Shown: one piece after another, positions 38,258 through 64,000 of the stretch
Numbering within the stretch: the stretch's first letter is position 1
Layout: every line of letters starts with the position of its first letter
NCBI GenBank assembly: GCA_964035545.1
Contig: OZ037769.1
Coordinates: forward strand, 10,818,633 to 10,882,632
DNA length: 64,000 nucleotides
Origin: Bugula neritina
Taxonomy: Eukaryota; Animalia; Bryozoa
Reading direction: 5' to 3'
Position numbers and translations under genes: made by a program
The notes under the pieces: model-generated
Seen by the model: only the letters and a program-made list of their open reading frames with translations
What the model was told of the DNA's origin: nothing
The model's database searches: none

Positions 38258-39139
38258 AATAGTAATGTGACTAGTATTATTGAAATACAACTTAATTTAA
38301 AGCTTATGTTGGTATAATATATGTTTATGCTCTCAGTCGCGAGGTACAATTACTAGTAATTCCAAGTGTCGCAGCTTCAATAAATAAAGTATTTACGTGA
38401 CTAAAAGTAAAACTGCGACATTAAAACATCGGCAAAAAATAAAACATTTATCGCCTATTAGCAGCCTGTGAAATAGCAATCTTTTAGCTCAGACCTTTAG
38501 AGTAGACAACTTCTACTTTTATAGCGGCACGTACGCGTTGTGATATTCAAACATTGTAAATTTTCCTTGTGACTTAAACATTCAATAAATGACAGATGAC
38601 TCGATGTACCATCAATGTCTTCAAAAATGTATTGCTTTACTATTCCATCTTTCCCAATAATTATGTTATCCAAAAAGTGACTAACTCTTCTAGCAAAATG
38701 CAACAGTTTTAAAACGTGGTGGATTCAGCATTACTGTATTTTACAAAAATTTCAACATATAAAACATTCAGTTAGTTAGATAAAGTTAATATTAACAAAA
38801 AACATAAAAACCATCAAATACCAGTAAAACTGTAACAATTATTGATGCAAATAAATTGGCTGATGAGCTTTATGCAAACTAGCTAAATTTACGAGTAATA
38901 ATTATAAATGATCCGCAAAACCTATAAATATTTATTGAAACAACAAAAAATTATGAATTGGAAATGAGAATGACAAAATAGATAAGTGATAAATTGAAGA
39001 TCTACTTTGTAGACAAAAATTTATAAATCGGAAATGGCGGATTGAGAGATAAACCTAATGATGGCAGTTGTCTTCCCCTGAGGGCTTGTATCGCTTAGAT
39101 GCGGTTTCTTACTGACTTCATAATTGAATAATTCTCAGT

Positions 39140-58914
<19,775 letters not shown>

Positions 58915-61395
58915 TTGTTTAAGTGACTTGGTTAGCCTCAATTCACAAGACCATACCACTAAATAAGACAAGTCAAATAATCAACTTACACCACAAGCAA
59001 CATTTCTAGAACATATTAACTCCTGCAATAATGTAATCCCATTATAAGTATATGATCACCATAATTGTACATTATACTGCAGTCTTATTGATCAGAGGTA
59101 ACTAAATCACGGACACATGTTGATCAGACATGTTAATGCCACCAATACAGACAAGTTCAGGCAACTCGCAACAGCACCAGATCTAGCGGCTGAGTGTTCC
59201 AATACTTTACAGCACAAAAAGACAAAGCAACTACACTTTGTCTGTTAAGTTAATATGCATTCAAAATAGATTAAAAACCATAACAATTTCAAATATATGT
59301 TGATTGCTAATTGAGTGCCAATCTTCTCCACATTTGATTTCAAGGAAATTGTTGCTTTTGGTTCCCCCTTGAAATAAATTTATTATGGCTGTTAAAAAGT
59401 ATAGATAAGTTTTTTCAAGATGCTCCATTTAACTAGATTTATATCCAATAGAAAGTTGAAAAAACTAATGTGAAACAGTAAGCAAGTTCGAATTGTCATT
59501 CTAAATACAGTTTTTGAAAGGTTTGGCAATTCATTTTAGAAAGACAACTCCTAATGAAGAAGGTTTAAATAATTAACCAGTTGCAATTGTGATGGCAGCT
59601 ACCAAGCTTAGAGCGTCTCTAAGCCATTGCTAATTGCATTTTCTTCTTAAACTATAATTAGATAGTAGATTCAAACTGTTATTTAAGCTCTCTGTGTATC
59701 AGGTTGGTAATGTGAAATCAGCTTAATATAGTTACTAATTCTTTTTCATAAATAATATGAAGTACAGCTAAAGGCAAAATGCTATTTACATAATGACTGG
59801 TGATTAAGGTAGAAGACGGATACTATTTAGGTTTACCCAAAGCAAACAATCTCTGTATAGCTCATATACATGCAACATTTCTACATAAAACTTAGAAATA
59901 TCATGAATTTATGCTAAAAATTGATTGGAGATATAGACAATTGCTGTGTGCCCAAATGCTCAACTAATTTAAATAAAAATGAAATAATGGACATCACATA
60001 TTTCAAACTTTTCTAATTTTTCTTGTTCAATTGTTGTTTTGACAAGTATTATTACTACTATTAGCATTAATAAATCACTTAGTTTTATACACCTACAATT
60101 GTCAAAATTTACTATTATATATACAGATAAAAACACTTCTACTAAAGCATTAAAATCTTTATCAGATTATGCAGTGAAAAAGTGGTGAATTAATGAAATT
60201 TGATTAACTGCCTGCTTAACATGAGATATACAAGAGATCCACTCTCTACTTGTCAAGGGTCATTGGAACAGCTGTTTTGTCACTGCATATTTAAGGCAAG
60301 GCAAACCTTCCTTGTCAAAAAAATTAAACCCACCATGTTCATAGCTTGACATATTTCTTATCTCCATATTCATATTGGTCATCAAATATAAATAGTGTAT
60401 ATTGAAATTGGTAACACATTATGACTATGATCTCCAATTGATTTCACCACTGTGTTAAAATATTATATTGTGCTAAGTCTAATGGGTAGTAGTAGCTTAA
60501 GCCATAGAAATTTATTTCGCCAGTACAAACATGAATAATGTAATAACATTGAGATTAAGGAATTTTAATACAACATTACGTCTAACATAAGTGATTATTA
60601 TTTGCCAGTATCTCTTTTGTTAGACTTGGGACGAAGCCATACAATCACTAAACTGAGACATATTTAATTAAGCTAGCCATAGTGTTATTAATTAAGATCA
60701 ATATCACCTTCAGTTTCACAATGACTCTAGGTTGATGAGCTAATTACTAAATATGTAAATTACTTATTAGCTGTTTACTAAGCGCTTTTGCATTTTACTT
60801 TTAGGTTTAATTTTACTTTGAAAGACATCCAATTTGAATTTCATTAAAGGTTCAGTTGTTAAAGTTTGACACTGACAGTGACTGAAGAAAACAATAAAAC
60901 ATTAATCAATTTAAATATGAATATCATAATAATTATAATGTGATTTAAATGATTCTATCATAAATGATAATCATAATAACTAACTATAATCATAATGATA
61001 ATGAACATGATTATCATAATGATAATCATCATAATGACTATCATTATCTTTATGATTAATATTATCATTAGGTTATCCTAATCTTATGATAGCCATAATG
61101 ATAATGATAATGATTATCATAAGATAACCTAATACTAATAGTAATAGTAATGATAAAGATAATGTAATAATAACCCATTAATCATTATGATTATGATTAA
61201 CTTTAAGTTTAATTTTGAGTTTAAGAATTAATCTCAAGATGATCAATGATGATGATCATGATCATCATTATGAACTCATGATAATGAAGACAGAAGAGTT
61301 AAACTTGAAGTGTTTAACTCAAACAGCAACTTTAAGAGTAATTTATCAACTACTAGTAGTACTAGGATTTTATTGTGAGTATGATTATCACTGAC

Positions 61396-61640
61396 CAATA
61401 CAAATACTATATGAAGTCTCAGATAGGCACAGAACACCTAAGAGACGACAGAGTTTCAGGCCTTGAGCTTGATGAGAATGCTGCACATCAGACTACAATA
61501 TTCGACACGACTATAAGTAGGCTACACAGACTTATTGGCTGATAGAAAGATATCAATTGGATTCCCCACCATGTCATATAGGGTGACGTCACGCGTAGAA
61601 TAACCAACAAATTCGACCTGCCAAGCCGATATCCACAATA
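61396..61640 (-). promoter_or_regulatory. Putative TMX3 non-coding first exon and promoter with a CRE (TGACGTCA)
   Basis: Local CpG cluster; ggTGACGTCAcgcg near 61582-61595; candidate donor G|gtcagt at 61395 (-); acceptor tttag at 58959 upstream of the TMX3 ATG. Confidence 0.4.
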
Positions 61641-62118
61641 TCCACAATATCAACAATATTGGCTATTTGGTAATGTTGTTGCTCTAATTCAGAAATCCAT
61701 ATAGACTATAATTCCACTAGTGACTAGGGCCTAGGCACTAGCACTAGTTCATAGTGTAGAAGGTTACAGGCCTTTAATTGAGCTGGTATATGCAAGGTTC
61801 ATTGAGAATATATATAGTTTTTTGGCTTGGATTTTATAATTCATTGAAGTGGGTAAGCTATTGCATAATTATTTTAAATATTGACTGATAGTAGTTAATG
61901 TAATGCTAATAATTTTATTTGTGATCTTAGCTATAAACAATTTGAAGGCATGATTTTGGCTCTGGTAGAACTTTATTTATTATAATCTTAAGAAGTAAGG
62001 GCTTATGATATTGAGAGTTGTCTTTCTTATTTATGTCTGCCATATTATATTTTTTCACAGGCTCAAAATTTTCATTCCATTGAAGTGATGCAACCTTAAG
62101 ATATGGGAATATCTAGAC

Positions 62119-62463
62119 CAGGGCTGTCCAACAGGCGGCCCAAGGGCCAGATGTGGCCCCCAGCCTACATTTATGTGGCCCTCGAAGGCATAAAGCTAAA
62201 ATATTTTTTCACTGTTCACATGAATTAAAGTGAAAAGCCACCTTTTAGATGCCTTATTTATACAAATAACACAAAAAATGCAGCTGGCAGTAACTATTGA
62301 GACTTGAAGTTAATTGTGTAATGATTCATAAAGTTTTGGAATAAAGTAGTTTGAAAAATACTGATGCTGTGGCCCCCAGCACAAGCTGAAGCTTACAATG
62401 TGGCCCTCCCCATGAGATATTTCATTTCTGTGGCCCTCGGTTTGAAAAGGTTGGACACCCCTG
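62119..62463. mobile_element. Non-autonomous hAT (Charlie/Buster-type) MITE, 345 bp
   Basis: TIRs CAGGGCTGTCCAAC / GTTGGACACCCCTG (1 mismatch). Perfect 8-bp TSD ATCTAGAC at 62111-62118 and 62464-62471 with central TA. GTGGCCC motifs repeat subterminally. No transposase ORF. Confidence 0.93.
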
Positions 62464-63570
62464 ATCTAGACTAATCGTGTCCTCTGTGATTATAGGCAAA
62501 GATACATAACTCCTAAAACATGTACTAAGTGTAAGCTACCAAGTTCTAAATAACTAATTAAATAATTATATTAATATCTGCTGAAATATCATCGTTCAAA
62601 CTGTTACTTAAAAGTTGTTAACTAATTAAACACTAAATGTTTTATTATGTTTAGCAATCTGCCCGTCATCCTTATCTCAGGATGATCTATTTTTGTCTCT
62701 GTTTCCTCTTTTTTTCACATGCATTCCACCACATTAAAACAAAGAGTAATGAGGTATGAAGTCAGCAATGTCTTCAAGAGAGTTATGAGCCCTTGACATA
62801 ATTTTTCCTAACAATAATAATACCTGTTAATTGTTACTAAATCATCACTAAATTGACTCTGAGAAGTTACCATGAGCAATACGGTACTAGGCTTAATATA
62901 TGCAAGCCGTATGGGAAACTTTCTAAAAACTGAATACATTTAGTTAACATTTTGTATATATAAGTCATTTATATATAATATTCTGCTCTCAATCATATAT
63001 TCACAGACTCTGCAGGTTATATATAATATTTTTAAAACCAAAAGCTGTTTCCAATAAAAGATATTTGATACCAGAATTCACTGCAATTTTTCCTCATGCA
63101 TATTCGAAAATCACTATAAATATGACTATATTATTATGTATGACTGTAGCACCAATTAGTGTCCTTTTCAAATGCAAAAAGAAGGAAAAACTATGATTAA
63201 ATTGCCCTATCTTGCAATTATATGAAAATAAAAATGTTATGTTAGTTCAATAAGGTTAAGTAAAATTTACCCTTATAGTATGTGTTATATGAGCTAATTA
63301 TGACACCTTTACTAAAGTTGCCTTTATACCTTCACGATTTTCAGTCAGAATTTCAATTTCAATTTCATTATTAACTTAAACTCGGTACTTTTTTCAGCAG
63401 AGGTATAAACGCAACTTTAGCCTACAACAAACTGAAAGGCTTCATTTTGTAATTTTCAAGTCACTAGAACACTAGTTTGATGACAAGCATTCAAAAGGCC
63501 ATATGGCATAAAATTTCCTGAGACATCATGAGAATGGCATTGCATTAGCTTATCTGTTGCATGCTACTCT

Positions 63571-63723
63571 TCAAGCAGGGAAATTTTGCTGGTGATTGTA
63601 TTGGGTTAGAAGTCGTCTCCCACTCATTGGTGCTATGCTTCGCCGTAGACCAGTAAAGCTCACTGACTTTCTGCTACTCCTTTCACCATCAACTCTGGTG
63701 GGATTACCATGGCCTAGTCTTTC
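63571..63723 (-). CDS. Probable last coding exon of an unidentified gene continuing beyond the window (ERLGHGNPTRVDGERSSRKSVSFTGLRRSIAPMSGRRLLTQYNHQQNFPA*)
   Basis: GC-richer segment after acceptor taacag at 63724; only one frame stays open (50 codons plus TGA). Confidence 0.4.
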   Translation of the reverse strand, partial: ERLGHGNPTRVDGERSSRKSVSFTGLRRSIAPMSGRRLLTQYNHQQNFPA

Positions 63724-64000
63724 CTGTTATAGGGAGTAATTTATATATTACATACAGTATAACAAATGTTTGTGATGCATATTAATGTATGATATCAGTG
63801 GTCAGATCTTCATGATTTCTTGTATTTTATACCATGAAAAGTGACTTTTAGTGTAGACCAATAGCAATTAAGTTATATATTTATACATTTTAAACAGAGT
63901 GCATTGCATACAATGTGAAGGCCTGGGTTACAGATGTGTTTAAATTGCATGCTGATGAATTAATATTAGAGTAAAAGAATCATATAAGTGTATGATACCA

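Overview
AT-rich, intron-containing animal (invertebrate) genomic DNA; the species cannot be fixed from sequence alone. Manual splicing at GT/AG junctions with frame checks gives, in order: the 3' part of codanin-1 (CDAN1, +), HAUS7 (-), DNA polymerase beta (POLB, +), 4E-BP (-), tRNA-Thr(TGT), a two-exon orphan ORF (+), ARPC4 (+), a MiT/TFE (MITF-like) bHLH-ZIP gene (-) and TMX3 (-). The end of the window holds a hAT-type MITE and a probable last exon of a gene that continues outside it. The top finding is a 16-exon, 846-aa secreted protein gene nested antisense inside the 12.3-kb intron 9 of TMX3. Its architecture is signal peptide - furin site - Ig domain - Thr/Ser/Pro-rich and helical spacer - angiopoietin-like Cys motif - coiled coil - fibrinogen C domain - extra tail, i.e. 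an IgSF+FBG (FREP-like)/angiopoietin-like hybrid. Other notable patterns: a 3-bp-periodic AT lattice near the 5' ends of the conserved genes, a 1-kb minisatellite built from a splice acceptor, and candidate ATF4, MiT/TFE and FOXO sites around 4E-BP next to a MiT/TFE gene. Gene identities come from recalled protein similarity, not from database searches.
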